A DNA stretch of 64,000 nt, from NCBI GenBank assembly GCA_963590405.1, contig CAVAPE010000001.1, positions 18,399-82,398 on the forward strand, given 5' to 3'. The notes beneath the pieces were generated by a model. The model searched no databases. It was not told the origin of the DNA and worked only from the letters and a program-made list of their open reading frames with translations. Of the stretch, positions 1-9,524 are shown in pieces; within the stretch, counting starts at the first letter, position 1, and every line of letters begins with the position of its first letter. Made by a program: the position numbers and the translations under genes. Origin of the DNA: Eubacterium sp. CAG:180 (GTDB lineage: Bacteria; Bacteroidota; Bacteroidia; Bacteroidales; Muribaculaceae).

Positions 1-677
1 ACGAACTTCAGAAATTCGTAGACCAAAACAATACAGCACAAAAATTCTTCGACAACGCAGCCAAGGCAGCGCAGAGTTACACCGCAATGAGCGACGTAGT
101 GGCATCAAGCCAAGCAATGCTCGGCAACACTGTCAAAGGTTCGTCGAAACTCATCCAATGGCTCTTCAAGGATGCCAAGGAAGGCGAAGTTTCAGCAATC
201 CAAGCCGACAACGACCAACTCGTAGTTGCAGCCCTTGCTAAGAAGTACGACGGCGACTATCGCCCTGTAACCGACTCTGAAGTGAAGGCTTACTGCGAGA
301 CAGTGGCACGCAACCACAAGAAAGCCGATGCCCTCGCAAAGAAATATGCTGGCAAGGCTAAGGATTTGGCTGGCTATGCCAAGGTTATGGGTCGCACAGT
401 CGACACTGTAAGCGTTGGCACTTACCCAACAGCAGAAGCAGCCCTCGACGGTCAGGTGCCTTATGCTAAGGTTGGTCAGGTTTATGGACCAGTCAAAGGC
501 GAGAACTCATTGTTTGTCTACGCAGTGGTTAAGAAAAACGCTGCAGTCAACAAGATCGACGACCATCAGTTGGCTCAAATGTGCCAGCAGCAAAACGGTC
601 AGGCTGTAAGCAGCAACTTCTGGCAATTGATTAAAGGCGGAAAAGACATTCAGAACAACATTGTCAACTTCCGTTAA
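1..677 (+). CDS. C-terminal fragment of a PpiD/SurA-like periplasmic chaperone / peptidyl-prolyl isomerase family protein (5' end upstream of window)
   Basis: Frame 3 is open from nt 3 (ELQKFVDQNNTAQKFF...) through the TAA at 675-677, so the listed 87..677 ORF is only the tail of a gene cut by the window edge. The family call rests on resemblance to C-terminal regions of Bacteroidales PpiD-type proteins, from memory only. Confidence 0.4.
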   Translation, partial: ELQKFVDQNNTAQKFFDNAAKAAQSYTAMSDVVASSQAMLGNTVKGSSKLIQWLFKDAKEGEVSAIQADNDQLVVAALAKKYDGDYRPVTDSEVKAYCETVARNHKKADALAKKYAGKAKDLAGYAKVMGRTVDTVSVGTYPTAEAALDGQVPYAKVGQVYGPVKGENSLFVYAVVKKNAAVNKIDDHQLAQMCQQQNGQAVSSNFWQLIKGGKDIQNNIVNFR

Positions 678-829
678 TAAAGCAGACAATCAATTCCTTT
701 AAATAAAGTTTTCATAATATGCTATGAAGAGGCAGAGCCGGGAGGTTCTGCCTCTTGCTTTTCTCACGTCAAAATACTACTTTTGCAACGGCTGACAAAC
801 CGAAAATTAACAACATACAATATTTCAAT

Positions 830-2587
830 ATGTACAGAACTAAAACATGTGGAGAACTTCGCTTGGCTAATGTCGGCGAAACGGTGACACTGGCAGGATG
901 GGTGCAACGCTCTCGCAAGATGGGCGGCATGACATTCGTTGACCTGCGCGACCGCTATGGCATCACTCAACTCGTGTTTAACAACGAGGTTGATGCCCAA
1001 CTCTGCGAGGAGGCTAACCACCTCGGACGCGAGTTTGTTATTCAAGTAGAGGGTAAAGTGTCGGAACGCTCGAGCAAGAACGCCAAGGTGGCTACCGGCG
1101 AAATCGAAATAATCGTTGAGAAACTCACATTGCTCAACAAGAGCGATGTGCCGCCTTTCACCATCGAGGACAACACCGATGGCGGCGACGACCTCCGCAT
1201 GAAGTACCGCTACCTCGACCTTCGTCGCACGGCGGTGCGCAAAAATCTCGAACTCCGCCACCGCATGACGATGGAAGTGCGCCGCTATCTCGACAGCAAA
1301 GGCTTCCTTGAGGTGGAAACTCCTATGCTCATCGGCTCAACGCCTGAAGGTGCGCGCGACTTCGTGGTGCCTTCGCGTATGAACCCCGGTCAGTTCTATG
1401 CCCTTCCGCAGTCGCCACAAACGCTGAAGCAACTGTTGATGGTGTCGGGCTTCGACCGCTATTTTCAGATTGTGAAATGCTTCCGCGACGAGGACCTTCG
1501 TGCCGACCGCCAGCCAGAATTCACGCAGATTGACTGTGAGATGAGTTTTGTGGAGCAGGAGGACATCATCGAGATGTTTGAGGGCATGGCAAAGCACCTC
1601 TTCAAGGAACTCCGCGGCGTTGAACTCACAGAGCCGTTCCAGCGTATGCCTTGGAGCGACGCGATGAAATACTACGGCAGCGACAAGCCCGACTTGCGTT
1701 TCGGCATGCGCTTCGTGGAACTGATGGACATCATGAAGGGACACGGCTTCTCTGTGTTCGACAACGCAGCCTATATCGGCGGTATCTGCGCTGAGGGCGC
1801 AGCCACCTACACCCGCAAGCAACTCGACCAACTCACCGAGTTTGTGAAGCGTCCGCAGGTAGGCGCAAAAGGTATGGTCTATGCGCGCGTTGAGGCTAAC
1901 GGCAACGTCAAGTCGAGCGTCGACAAATTCTATAGCCAGGAAGTGCTTCAGGAGATGGCTAAAGCCTTCGATGCGAAGCCGGGCGACCTCATCCTTATCC
2001 TCAGTGGCGACGACGCTATGAAGACCCGCAAGCAACTCTGCGAACTCCGTTTGGAGATGGGTCGTCAACTCGGTCTGCGCGACAAGGACAAGTTTGCTTG
2101 CCTCTGGGTTGTTGACTTCCCAATGTTTGAGTGGAGCGAGGAGGAAGGCCGCTTGATGGCTATGCACCACCCGTTCACCCACCCGAAGGACGAAGACATT
2201 CCATTGCTCGACACCGACCCTGCCGCAGTGCGTGCCGATGCCTACGACATGGTTGTCAACGGCGTTGAGGTTGGCGGCGGTTCAATCCGTATCCACGACT
2301 CGAAACTTCAGGCAAAGATGTTTGAAATCCTCGGCTTCACGCCAGAGAAGGCACAAGAGCAGTTTGGCTTCCTGATGAACGCCTTCAAGTTTGGTGCGCC
2401 GCCTCACGGAGGTCTTGCCTATGGTCTTGACCGTTGGGTATCGCTCTTCGCTGGTCTCGACTCAATCCGCGACTGCATCGCGTTCCCGAAAAACAACAGC
2501 GGCCGCGACGTGATGCTCGATGCTCCGGCACCGCTCGACCAAAAGCAACTCGACGAACTCAACCTCGTGGTTGACCTCAAAGACTAA
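830..2587 (+). CDS. aspS: aspartate--tRNA ligase
   Basis: ATG at 830 ([11 protein letters not shown]...); the 755 ORF start is an upstream in-frame extension. Class II aaRS hallmarks are present: [50 protein letters not shown]. Confidence 0.95.
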   Translation: MYRTKTCGELRLANVGETVTLAGWVQRSRKMGGMTFVDLRDRYGITQLVFNNEVDAQLCEEANHLGREFVIQVEGKVSERSSKNAKVATGEIEIIVEKLTLLNKSDVPPFTIEDNTDGGDDLRMKYRYLDLRRTAVRKNLELRHRMTMEVRRYLDSKGFLEVETPMLIGSTPEGARDFVVPSRMNPGQFYALPQSPQTLKQLLMVSGFDRYFQIVKCFRDEDLRADRQPEFTQIDCEMSFVEQEDIIEMFEGMAKHLFKELRGVELTEPFQRMPWSDAMKYYGSDKPDLRFGMRFVELMDIMKGHGFSVFDNAAYIGGICAEGAATYTRKQLDQLTEFVKRPQVGAKGMVYARVEANGNVKSSVDKFYSQEVLQEMAKAFDAKPGDLILILSGDDAMKTRKQLCELRLEMGRQLGLRDKDKFACLWVVDFPMFEWSEEEGRLMAMHHPFTHPKDEDIPLLDTDPAAVRADAYDMVVNGVEVGGGSIRIHDSKLQAKMFEILGFTPEKAQEQFGFLMNAFKFGAPPHGGLAYGLDRWVSLFAGLDSIRDCIAFPKNNSGRDVMLDAPAPLDQKQLDELNLVVDLKD

Positions 2588-2603
2588 CCACAGACACCAA
2601 CAT

Positions 2604-2645
2604 AAAACAACCCCGGCAAGGTCACCTCGCCGGGGTTGTTTTTTT
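2604..2645. terminator. bidirectional intrinsic terminator between convergent aspS and the lectin-like gene
   Basis: A 14-bp perfect stem (aaaacaaccccggc / gccggggttgtttt) with an 11-nt loop, running into a T tract on the + strand. The A/T-rich stem base gives a T tract on the minus strand too. Confidence 0.6.
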
Positions 2646-2662
2646 ATGTTATATGCCGCTAT

Positions 2663-3703
2663 TTATTCCTGCGTTGGGCGGGAGGCTACGGGGCGGACGG
2701 AGAAGCCGTAGCAGCGTTTAGAGTAATTGTTATAGTAGTTAATACCGTTGTGTGTGTAAGTGAGTACGTATGCACATCCGATACTTTCCTGGAGGGTGCT
2801 TGACCAGATGTAGAGGTCAAGGCCTTGTGCCTCATTGCTGCTATATTGGCAGAAGCCAGCGGCAGGAATGAAGATTTTGTTGCCGTTGGGACCGGTTACC
2901 ATTGCGCCGGCTTTGCCGTTGTAGTACCAGGTGAAGTCCCATTCGCAATTCTTGTACAGTTCATACATCTCATCGTAAGTTGGCATGCGGCATCCTTCAC
3001 CCCAGTTGGCTGTGGCGGTGTCGTCCGACGCATCGAGGGTTTTCATGCCGTCGCTTGTGTTGTACTTCGTGTAACTGTCGTCCGTGCCGTAGTATATGTA
3101 GGTGTCCCACCAGTAGCGCGCCTTGTTTATCGTTTCGCCCCAGGCATAGAGGTCGCCGTCGTCGGTTTCTTTGGATGCTCCGACGTTGCACGTAGCCCAC
3201 AGGACCCCGCTCGGAAGTCCGAGGTCGATGAACTTGTGACTGTTGATTTCTTCGCTTTTCTCCGGGTCGGTGGTAACGTCGGCAACATCGCTGTAGAACA
3301 CCTCGTCGAGGAACTTCAGATAGGCGCGGTAGTAGTATTTCGTGCCTGGGTCGCGCAGACGGATGTTGGCAATGCCGTCCTCGGCAATGCAACAGTCATT
3401 GTTGACGGTTGGCAGTGCGTCGGTAGAGGAGAAGCACACGCCCAATTCGTACGACGTGGTGAGTGACTTGATGTTTTCGCCAAAAGATACGCTTGTCTTT
3501 ACCTTGAACTGGCTGGCGTTAACGCTTAGGGTAGAGGCAGAGAGGCTGATTTCGTCGCCCTTCGACACGTTGATGTTGTCCACTGCCGATGAGGGGTAGA
3601 CCGAGAGGCGTCCGTCTTTGCTCCACACATAGAGGTTGCTTTGCGCTGCAATGCTGAAGCCGAGAGCCAGCAGCGAGAATAGTATGATGGTGAGTCTTTT
3701 CAT
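2663..3703 (-). CDS. secreted protein: signal peptide + FN3-like module + C-terminal FISUMP/DUF1566-type lectin-like domain (paralog 1)
   Basis: Signal peptide MKRLTIILFSLLALGFSIAAQ and a middle module GVCFSS...PGTKYYYRAYLKF. The C-terminal motifs are FIDLGLPSGVLWATCNVGA, LYAWGE, NWGEGCRMPTYDEM, IFIPAAGF, YIWSST and YGFSVRPV. The family name comes from motif pattern memory. Confidence 0.6.
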   Translation of the reverse strand: MKRLTIILFSLLALGFSIAAQSNLYVWSKDGRLSVYPSSAVDNINVSKGDEISLSASTLSVNASQFKVKTSVSFGENIKSLTTSYELGVCFSSTDALPTVNNDCCIAEDGIANIRLRDPGTKYYYRAYLKFLDEVFYSDVADVTTDPEKSEEINSHKFIDLGLPSGVLWATCNVGASKETDDGDLYAWGETINKARYWWDTYIYYGTDDSYTKYNTSDGMKTLDASDDTATANWGEGCRMPTYDEMYELYKNCEWDFTWYYNGKAGAMVTGPNGNKIFIPAAGFCQYSSNEAQGLDLYIWSSTLQESIGCAYVLTYTHNGINYYNNYSKRCYGFSVRPVASRPTQE

Positions 3704-3724
3704 TTTCGTCCGATGTAGTGTAGG

Positions 3725-4777
3725 TTATTTTGTTGCCACAGGGCGGATAGAGTATCCGTAGTAGCGGTAGTAGGGCGTTGTCTTGTAGTCAGCGCTGTTG
3801 AAAGTGATGTTGTTGGCGTAGTAGTCGCCGTAGGAATCGTTGCTGTTGAGCGAACTTGTCCAGTAGTAGCCGTTGCCTGAGCCGTAACTGCCCGTCATAC
3901 TTTTGTAGCCAGCCGCTGGGAGGAAGATGGAAAATCCGTTGGGACCAGTAACCTTATAGCCACTCGCTCCGTCGTTGTCGTCCTGCCATGTCCAAGTGCA
4001 CTCCGTCACGAGTTCTTCGCACTCCGCCAGCGACGGCATACGGCAGCCCTCGCCCCACACTGCGGTGGCGGCATCGTCGTCGGCATCAAGGGTCGTCAAG
4101 CCGTCGGCAGTGCTGTATTTGGTAATGTTGGAGGACGAAGTGCCGTGCTCGTAGGTGTCCCAGTAGTATTTGTCCTTTGTCTTCGTCTCGCCCCATGCAA
4201 AATGGTCGCCGCTGTCGGTTGCCGCGTCAGCACCGACGTTGGTCATTGCCCAAAGGAGACCGCTCGTGAGCCCGAGGTCGACGAACTTGTATCCGTTGAT
4301 TATTGTGATGGTTCGAACCGTCATCACGTTGCCGTAAAACACCTCGTTGAGCAGTTTTGCATAGGTGCGGTAGTAGTAGGTTGTGCCCGATGTAAGGCCG
4401 TCAATGCTGATGGTGTAGTCGCCTTTGCCCGTGCCAAGAGAGTTGTGGCTGTCGGCGATGGTCGGCTTTGGGTTGAGGGCGGAGTAGCATACGCCCACTT
4501 CCACATCCGACGGAGCGGTGAGTTCCTTTACGTTTTCGCTGAGCGCAACGTTTGCCGTGGCTTGGAAGGCACTTTCGGTCACGTAGTCGGGCAATGGCTT
4601 GCCTGTGGTAATGGCGAAGACGTTTTTCGCCTTGAATGTCAGACTGTCGACCGATGCGATGGACAATGCTTGCATATTGCCGTCGGTGTCAACCAGATAG
4701 AGCGTTTTCTTTATCTCGCCTTCAATGCACATAGCGATTGATAGCAGCGAGAAGAGTATTATTGTGACTCGTTTCAT
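3725..4777 (-). CDS. secreted protein: signal peptide + FN3-like module + FISUMP/DUF1566-type lectin-like domain (paralog 2)
   Basis: Same layout as 2663..3703: GVCYSA...SGTTYYYRTYAKL, FVDLGLTSGLLWAMTNVGA, HFAWGE, VWGEGCRMPSLAE, IFLPAAGY, YYWTSSL, YGYSIRPV. Confidence 0.6.
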   Translation of the reverse strand: MKRVTIILFSLLSIAMCIEGEIKKTLYLVDTDGNMQALSIASVDSLTFKAKNVFAITTGKPLPDYVTESAFQATANVALSENVKELTAPSDVEVGVCYSALNPKPTIADSHNSLGTGKGDYTISIDGLTSGTTYYYRTYAKLLNEVFYGNVMTVRTITIINGYKFVDLGLTSGLLWAMTNVGADAATDSGDHFAWGETKTKDKYYWDTYEHGTSSSNITKYSTADGLTTLDADDDAATAVWGEGCRMPSLAECEELVTECTWTWQDDNDGASGYKVTGPNGFSIFLPAAGYKSMTGSYGSGNGYYWTSSLNSNDSYGDYYANNITFNSADYKTTPYYRYYGYSIRPVATK

Positions 4778-4795
4778 ATTTTGCGAAATGGTGGT

Positions 4796-6082
4796 TTATT
4801 CTTTTTCGCCTTCCACTTCGAGTCGGATTAACTCGATGCGAGTGGCGGATTTCTTGAGAATTGCGAATTTGAGGTTGCCGATTGTGAAGTTGTCGCCCTG
4901 CTGCGGGAGTTGTCCAAGGCTGAAAAGGATGTAGCCCGCCAGCGTCTGGTACTCATCGTCCTCAGGGATGCCGAGGTGGTACGTGTCGTTGAGGTGCTCA
5001 ATCTCCACGCGGCCAGAGAATTTGTAGGTGTGCTCGTCGATTTTCTCCTCCACGATGCGGCGCTTGTCGTGCTCGTCCTCGAAGTCGCCGAAAATCTCTT
5101 CCACGAGGTCCTCCAGCGTCACCAATCCGCCCGTGCCGCCGAACTCGTCGATGATTATGGCGATGCTTCGCTTCTCCGACAGCATTTTGCGCATCATCGT
5201 GTTGGCAGGCATCGATTCTGGCGCAAAGTCGACTGGCTTGATGCGGCTCTGCCAGTCGGGGTCAGAGTTGAAGAGTTCGTTGACGTGGATGTAGCCAATC
5301 ACGTTGTCGATGTCGTCGCGGTAGACGATGATTTTCGACAGACCCGTAGCCGTGAAACGGCGGCGCAGGCGCTCGCGGTCGCACGAAGCCTCTACGGCGA
5401 TAATCTCGTTGCGCGGTATCATGCAGTCGCGCAGCAGCGTGTTGCTGAAATCGAGCGCATTTTGGAAAATCTTCACCTCGTGGTCAATCTCCTTGTCGCC
5501 GTCCTTGCCCGAAGCCTTGTCGTCGATGGTCTGCTGGATGTAGTCGTCGAGTTCGCCCACAGTCAGCAGCACCGTCTTCTGCCCCGTTGTTTCAGCGCCA
5601 AAGAGGCGCATCAGAGCCCTCGACAGGAACGACGAGAACCACGAAATAGGGTAGAGCAGCCAGTAGATTATGTAGAGCGGCACGGCGCAGTGGCGCAGCG
5701 ATATGTTCGGGTTGATGCGGAAGATGGCTTTCGGGAAAAATTCGCCCGTGATGAGGATGATGCCCGTGGATATTACCGTTTGGCATGCAAGTACCAGCGC
5801 GTCGCTGTCGCCCACGAGGGAGCGGATGCCCGGACCGAGGAGCACGGCGATGCCGATGCCGTAGACCACAAGCATGATGTTGTTGCCCACCAGCATGGTG
5901 GAGATAAACATGTCCTGATGGCGGTAGAAGGTGTTGATGATGCGGCTCGTGAGTCCTTTTTTGTGCGAGTCCACCCCAGCCCTCACCTTGTTGGAGGTGA
6001 TGAAGGCAATCTCCATGCCTGAGAAGAATGCCGAAAACGCCATCGATATGAGCGTGATTATAAGAGCCGTTGTAGTGTCCAT
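4796..6082 (-). CDS. hemolysin-family / GldE-like membrane protein (DUF21/CNNM TM domain + CBS pair + CorC_HlyC domain)
   Basis: N-terminal multi-TM region, a central CBS-like region, and a C-terminal EDEYQTLAGYILFSLGQLPQQGD...IELIRLE transporter-associated domain pattern. Confidence 0.8.
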   Translation of the reverse strand: MDTTTALIITLISMAFSAFFSGMEIAFITSNKVRAGVDSHKKGLTSRIINTFYRHQDMFISTMLVGNNIMLVVYGIGIAVLLGPGIRSLVGDSDALVLACQTVISTGIILITGEFFPKAIFRINPNISLRHCAVPLYIIYWLLYPISWFSSFLSRALMRLFGAETTGQKTVLLTVGELDDYIQQTIDDKASGKDGDKEIDHEVKIFQNALDFSNTLLRDCMIPRNEIIAVEASCDRERLRRRFTATGLSKIIVYRDDIDNVIGYIHVNELFNSDPDWQSRIKPVDFAPESMPANTMMRKMLSEKRSIAIIIDEFGGTGGLVTLEDLVEEIFGDFEDEHDKRRIVEEKIDEHTYKFSGRVEIEHLNDTYHLGIPEDDEYQTLAGYILFSLGQLPQQGDNFTIGNLKFAILKKSATRIELIRLEVEGEKE

Positions 6083-6106
6083 CGTTTCAGTTGTTTGCCG
6101 TTAAGG

Positions 6107-6682
6107 TTAGGCGGGAGGCGTGGTTTCCTGCCGCTTTGGTATAGGGAAAATGCCCGAAGGCTTGTTTAGCATATAGTTGCGCAACTGCTCATCGGAGCGG
6201 AAGCCATAGCCCTCAAGGATGCGGTCGGCACGCTCAATGTGCACAAACGAGTCGCTGCGCACTTCGTGGAGCGCTTGGTCCCAAAACAGTTGCTCTGTTT
6301 CAATTAGTTCCTTCTTGGCGTTGCGTATCACGATGTTGCCGTCGAGGCGCCACAGTTTCTCCGCCTTAAAATAGGTCGCCGAGTCGCAACGGATAGTTGC
6401 CTCCACCTTGAAATCGTTGTCGAACTGCTCAAGATATAGTCCGTTGGGGAACTTCCAACTTGGGCGGCGTGCCTCGTCGTAGACCAGCCACAACTTCGTG
6501 GAGATGCGGTAGCGCGTCATTCCCGAGTCGCTGATTAGCGTTGTCACGTCGCGGGTGAGCATCGACACGATGCTGTCGGGGTTTGACGGGGTTGTGACCA
6601 CCTCGCGTTTCACCTCCTTGCACGACGGCAACAGCGACGACAGCAAGGTTGCGAGCAACAATATGAATGATGCCGTGCGCAC
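6107..6682 (-). CDS. lptC: LptC-like LPS export periplasmic/lipoprotein component (tentative)
   Basis: 191 aa with a lipoprotein-type signal (LLSSLLPSC). Size and position between an OM barrel gene and the GldE-like gene match other Bacteroidales. No strong motif was seen. Confidence 0.45.
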   Translation of the reverse strand: MRTASFILLLATLLSSLLPSCKEVKREVVTTPSNPDSIVSMLTRDVTTLISDSGMTRYRISTKLWLVYDEARRPSWKFPNGLYLEQFDNDFKVEATIRCDSATYFKAEKLWRLDGNIVIRNAKKELIETEQLFWDQALHEVRSDSFVHIERADRILEGYGFRSDEQLRNYMLNKPSGIFPIPKRQETTPPA

Positions 6683-6687
6683 TGCCG

Positions 6688-7980
6688 TTAGCGGATTTTA
6701 TCTTTCCAGAATGCGAATTCCTTGAAGTTGATGCCCAACGTTATGTTGAAGTAGTTTTCCGTTACGAGACTTGCTGGAGTGGCTTGGCGGCGCTTGTATT
6801 CAAAACCGATGTTGATAACCGTCTTCTGTGCGGTGGTTGGGAAGCCGAAACCGCAACTAACGCCGTATTCCTTCAGGTGGTTGTCGCCAATCATCAGATA
6901 GTCGCGCGTGTAGGACGCACCCAGACGGTAGGCAATGCGCTGGAAGTAGTTGCCGCGCAGACTCGGCACATACTGTGCGCCGACTGCCATCTTGTAGCGG
7001 TCGTCGAGTTTGGTGCGGTAGAGCACCTCCGTCGAGTTGTCGCGCTGCATACCAGGGAATTTGGCTTTGCTCCACTGCTGGAACATGAAGTCAGCCTCTA
7101 CGGAGAGGCGGTTGTCGAACGTATAGTTCACACCAACGGCGTAGGCGTTTGGCTTGCTGTAGCCGAGGTCCTGCAGGTGTACGTTGGAGATGGTGTCGGG
7201 CTTTGTAGAGCCTGTGGTCGACGACACGTCGCTACTGAGGTCGTATTTTACGCCCCATGTGCGTCCGTGCATAGTCTTTTTCGGTGAGTAGGTGAAGCCG
7301 ACTGTAGCCTTGTGCTTCTTGCCGAACATGTGGGAGTACTGCACACCGATGAGGGTGTTCCAGTCGCGCACCTGGATTTTCTGCTCGTAGACGGCAGAGG
7401 TGCTTGCGGTGATGTACTGGTCGTTGACGATTGTACCAAACTGGTAGGCAAAGTTCAAGCCCACGCTGAGACCCTTTACTGGGCGTGCGCCAACGCCGAC
7501 ATACAACTCGTCGATGCCTCCGTAGCCCGATGCGGTGTTGGAAACCGTGATGTCGGACGATGTGAGGTTGTTGCCGAAGGAGTAGCCCACGGTGGTGTAA
7601 GGCACGAGACCGATGCTACCGCCGATGTATTTGTTGATTGGGAATTGCAAAGTCATATAGTCCAGACCGCCGCCGAAAGCCTTTCCGGTGTCGCCGCCCT
7701 TCTCGCTTGAGCGCAACTGCGTGAAGTCCACGCCGATGTCCCAATGCAGTGTCAGCGAGTCGGTTGCGGCATACGATGCCGGGTTCATCACGTTGATTTG
7801 TCGACCGTCGGCCATAGCCACGCCAACGCCACCCATGTTGCGTTGGGCACTTGTCACATAGTCGCCCATCAATCCGTAGCCATAGCGTGAATAGGGCGAT
7901 GACTGGTTTTGTGCCAGCAGCGAGCCTGCCGACGCCACGGCAATTGCCGCAAGAACTGTTATTTTCTTAAAATATCTCAT
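6688..7980 (-). CDS. outer-membrane beta-barrel protein (FadL/PorV-like family, function unknown)
   Basis: Signal peptide ending SLLAQ, an N-terminal SPYSRYGYG motif, an alternating beta-strand pattern and an aromatic-rich C-terminus. It overlaps the coaX stop by 14 nt. Confidence 0.55.
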   Translation of the reverse strand: MRYFKKITVLAAIAVASAGSLLAQNQSSPYSRYGYGLMGDYVTSAQRNMGGVGVAMADGRQINVMNPASYAATDSLTLHWDIGVDFTQLRSSEKGGDTGKAFGGGLDYMTLQFPINKYIGGSIGLVPYTTVGYSFGNNLTSSDITVSNTASGYGGIDELYVGVGARPVKGLSVGLNFAYQFGTIVNDQYITASTSAVYEQKIQVRDWNTLIGVQYSHMFGKKHKATVGFTYSPKKTMHGRTWGVKYDLSSDVSSTTGSTKPDTISNVHLQDLGYSKPNAYAVGVNYTFDNRLSVEADFMFQQWSKAKFPGMQRDNSTEVLYRTKLDDRYKMAVGAQYVPSLRGNYFQRIAYRLGASYTRDYLMIGDNHLKEYGVSCGFGFPTTAQKTVINIGFEYKRRQATPASLVTENYFNITLGINFKEFAFWKDKIR

Positions 7981-8689
7981 TGTATTCCAATATTCTGTTT
8001 AATCCTTTTGCCACCAAGTCGTTGTCCACAACGAGGTCGCCTCCGAGTTTCTGCGCGAGCATCTGCCCGTCGCCGCCCGTTATCACAATCACCGGCTTGT
8101 CGATGGCCTCTGCCAGATAGCGTATTTCAGCCACCATGCCGAGCACCACGCCCGAGCGGATGGCAGTAGGCGTGTCGTAGCCGAACAGCGGGGTGTCGCC
8201 GTCGACCGGTACTCGCGGCAGTTGTGCGCAGTTGTCGGCCAGCACCTTCAGGCGCGAGGCCAGTCCTGGCGCTATGTTACCGCCCTTGAAATGCGCGTCC
8301 GCCGACACGTAGTCGTAGGTCACCGCCGTTCCAGCATCCACCACCAGGCAGTTGCGCTCCGGAGCCAGAGCCATCGCTCCCACGGCAGCCGCTATGCGGT
8401 CGTGGCCGAGCGTCGATGGGGTGGCGTAGTCGAGGGTCAGCGGCATCGGCAAGTGCTCGTCGAGCATATAGGTGCGCACCCCCTTGTCGGTGAGCAGTTT
8501 TTCAATCTGCTTGTCGTTGCCCACAACCGACGAATATATGGCTTTGGCCACAGGATAGCCTTTCAGCACCCTGTCGATGTCGGCTCCCGTAAGGTTGTCG
8601 AAGCGGCACGACCGCAACAATTCCCTTCCTGAGAACAACGACACTTTAGCCGACGAATTACCTTGGTCTATGGTTAGACTCAAATCCAT
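7967..8689 (-). CDS. coaX: type III pantothenate kinase
   Basis: 240 aa with the N-terminal LTIDQGNSSAKVSLF phosphate-binding motif and a later VVDAGTAVTYD motif, both typical of ASKHA-fold CoaX. Confidence 0.85.
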   Translation of the reverse strand: MDLSLTIDQGNSSAKVSLFSGRELLRSCRFDNLTGADIDRVLKGYPVAKAIYSSVVGNDKQIEKLLTDKGVRTYMLDEHLPMPLTLDYATPSTLGHDRIAAAVGAMALAPERNCLVVDAGTAVTYDYVSADAHFKGGNIAPGLASRLKVLADNCAQLPRVPVDGDTPLFGYDTPTAIRSGVVLGMVAEIRYLAEAIDKPVIVITGGDGQMLAQKLGGDLVVDNDLVAKGLNRILEYNEIF

Positions 8690-8697
8690 TTTACGGA

Positions 8698-8705
8698 CAA
8701 AAATA
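8698..8705 (-). promoter_or_regulatory. candidate -7 box (TATTTTTG on the minus strand) for the coaX operon
   Basis: The + strand reads caaaaata, which matches the Bacteroides TAnnTTTG consensus on the gene strand. It lies only 9 nt from the coaX ATG. Confidence 0.3.
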
Positions 8706-8803
8706 CTAATTACTACTCAATTACCAGTTCGTTTTTAGAGCCTTTTGCTTGTGTGGCTGATATTTTAATGTTTTTTATCGACCACAATGCCCTTTATTAA
8801 TCG

Positions 8804-9175
8804 CTACAATTCTTTCTCCTTCCGCAGTTGGCGGTCGATGGCAAACGAAGCGTAGATCTGCACCACCGCGCCTGCCGTGAGGAAGCCCAGCCACGTGCTG
8901 TGGTAGGGGTCGGAGAAGATGAAGAGAGCCGAGATTAGGTAGCACATTGCCGACCAGAACTCCAGCGTGAAAAGCCGGCGCACGCGCAGGCTGAATCCCT
9001 GCTTGCGGCGCGAGGCGCGTTGCAGTATGCGCACCACCACTATCATCACCGCCGCCACTGCAAAGAGGTAGCGGAACCACGGCATCGTGATGTCGACCAG
9101 CGGCAGGAATGCAGTGAGCAGCAAAATTATCATGCCCACCGACAGAAGTATGTTGTAAAGTCCTTCTCGTTTCAT
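8804..9175 (-). CDS. small integral membrane protein (about 4 TM), function unknown
   Basis: 123 aa with four hydrophobic segments and no recognisable motif. Confidence 0.5.
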   Translation of the reverse strand: MKREGLYNILLSVGMIILLLTAFLPLVDITMPWFRYLFAVAAVMIVVVRILQRASRRKQGFSLRVRRLFTLEFWSAMCYLISALFIFSDPYHSTWLGFLTAGAVVQIYASFAIDRQLRKEKEL

Positions 9176-9200
9176 ATCTTGAAATTTTTTTAGGAAATGT

Positions 9201-9500
9201 CTATTCGTTCACAATGTAGAGGTCCTCGTTGTCGCGCTTCATCTTGTATTCCTCCCTCACGATGCGCTCCGTGGTTTCTGGGTCGCTGTTGAGGTCGTGG
9301 AGGCGTTGCTTGTAGACGGCGCACGAGTCGTCGCATTGCTTTATCTGAGCCTTGAGGTCGCGGATTTGCGCGTCGTACTCCATCACCTTGATGTAGTTGT
9401 AGTCGGAGAAGAAGGTGACGTACACGGCATAGGCAGACACTATCACCAAGAAGAAATTGAAGTGCTTCACCTTATCCTTTATTTTTGCTATCAGCCCCAT
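9201..9500 (-). CDS. FtsB/DivIC-like septum formation initiator family protein
   Basis: 99 aa with a single N-terminal TM (FFLVIVSAYAVYVTFF) followed by a coiled-coil segment (IRDLKAQIKQCDDSCAVYKQRLHDL). Confidence 0.55.
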   Translation of the reverse strand: MGLIAKIKDKVKHFNFFLVIVSAYAVYVTFFSDYNYIKVMEYDAQIRDLKAQIKQCDDSCAVYKQRLHDLNSDPETTERIVREEYKMKRDNEDLYIVNE

Positions 9501-9524
9501 AAGTCAGATGTTTTTTGAGTGTTG

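Noticed and set aside
2663-4777. Diversity-generating retroelement acting on the lectin-like paralogs
   Set aside because: No reverse transcriptase, accessory gene or template repeat is present anywhere in the window. The divergent tips could equally reflect ordinary paralog divergence. I left this as a genome-wide check only.
4910-6022. 370-aa + strand ORF opposite the GldE-like gene. Similar cases are 9519..10262 opposite trmD, 23957..25063 opposite gcvPB, 42961..43821 opposite miaB, 60995..61750 opposite GH16 and 62733..63887 opposite GH3.
   Set aside because: All are mirror-frame ORFs of strongly supported genes. None has a recognisable domain, and their codon composition reflects the opposite strand.
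8775-9080. 101-aa ORF overlapping the 123-aa membrane protein gene in another frame
   Set aside because: Its Pro/Gly/Arg-rich product has no features. The 8804..9175 frame gives a coherent 4-TM protein.
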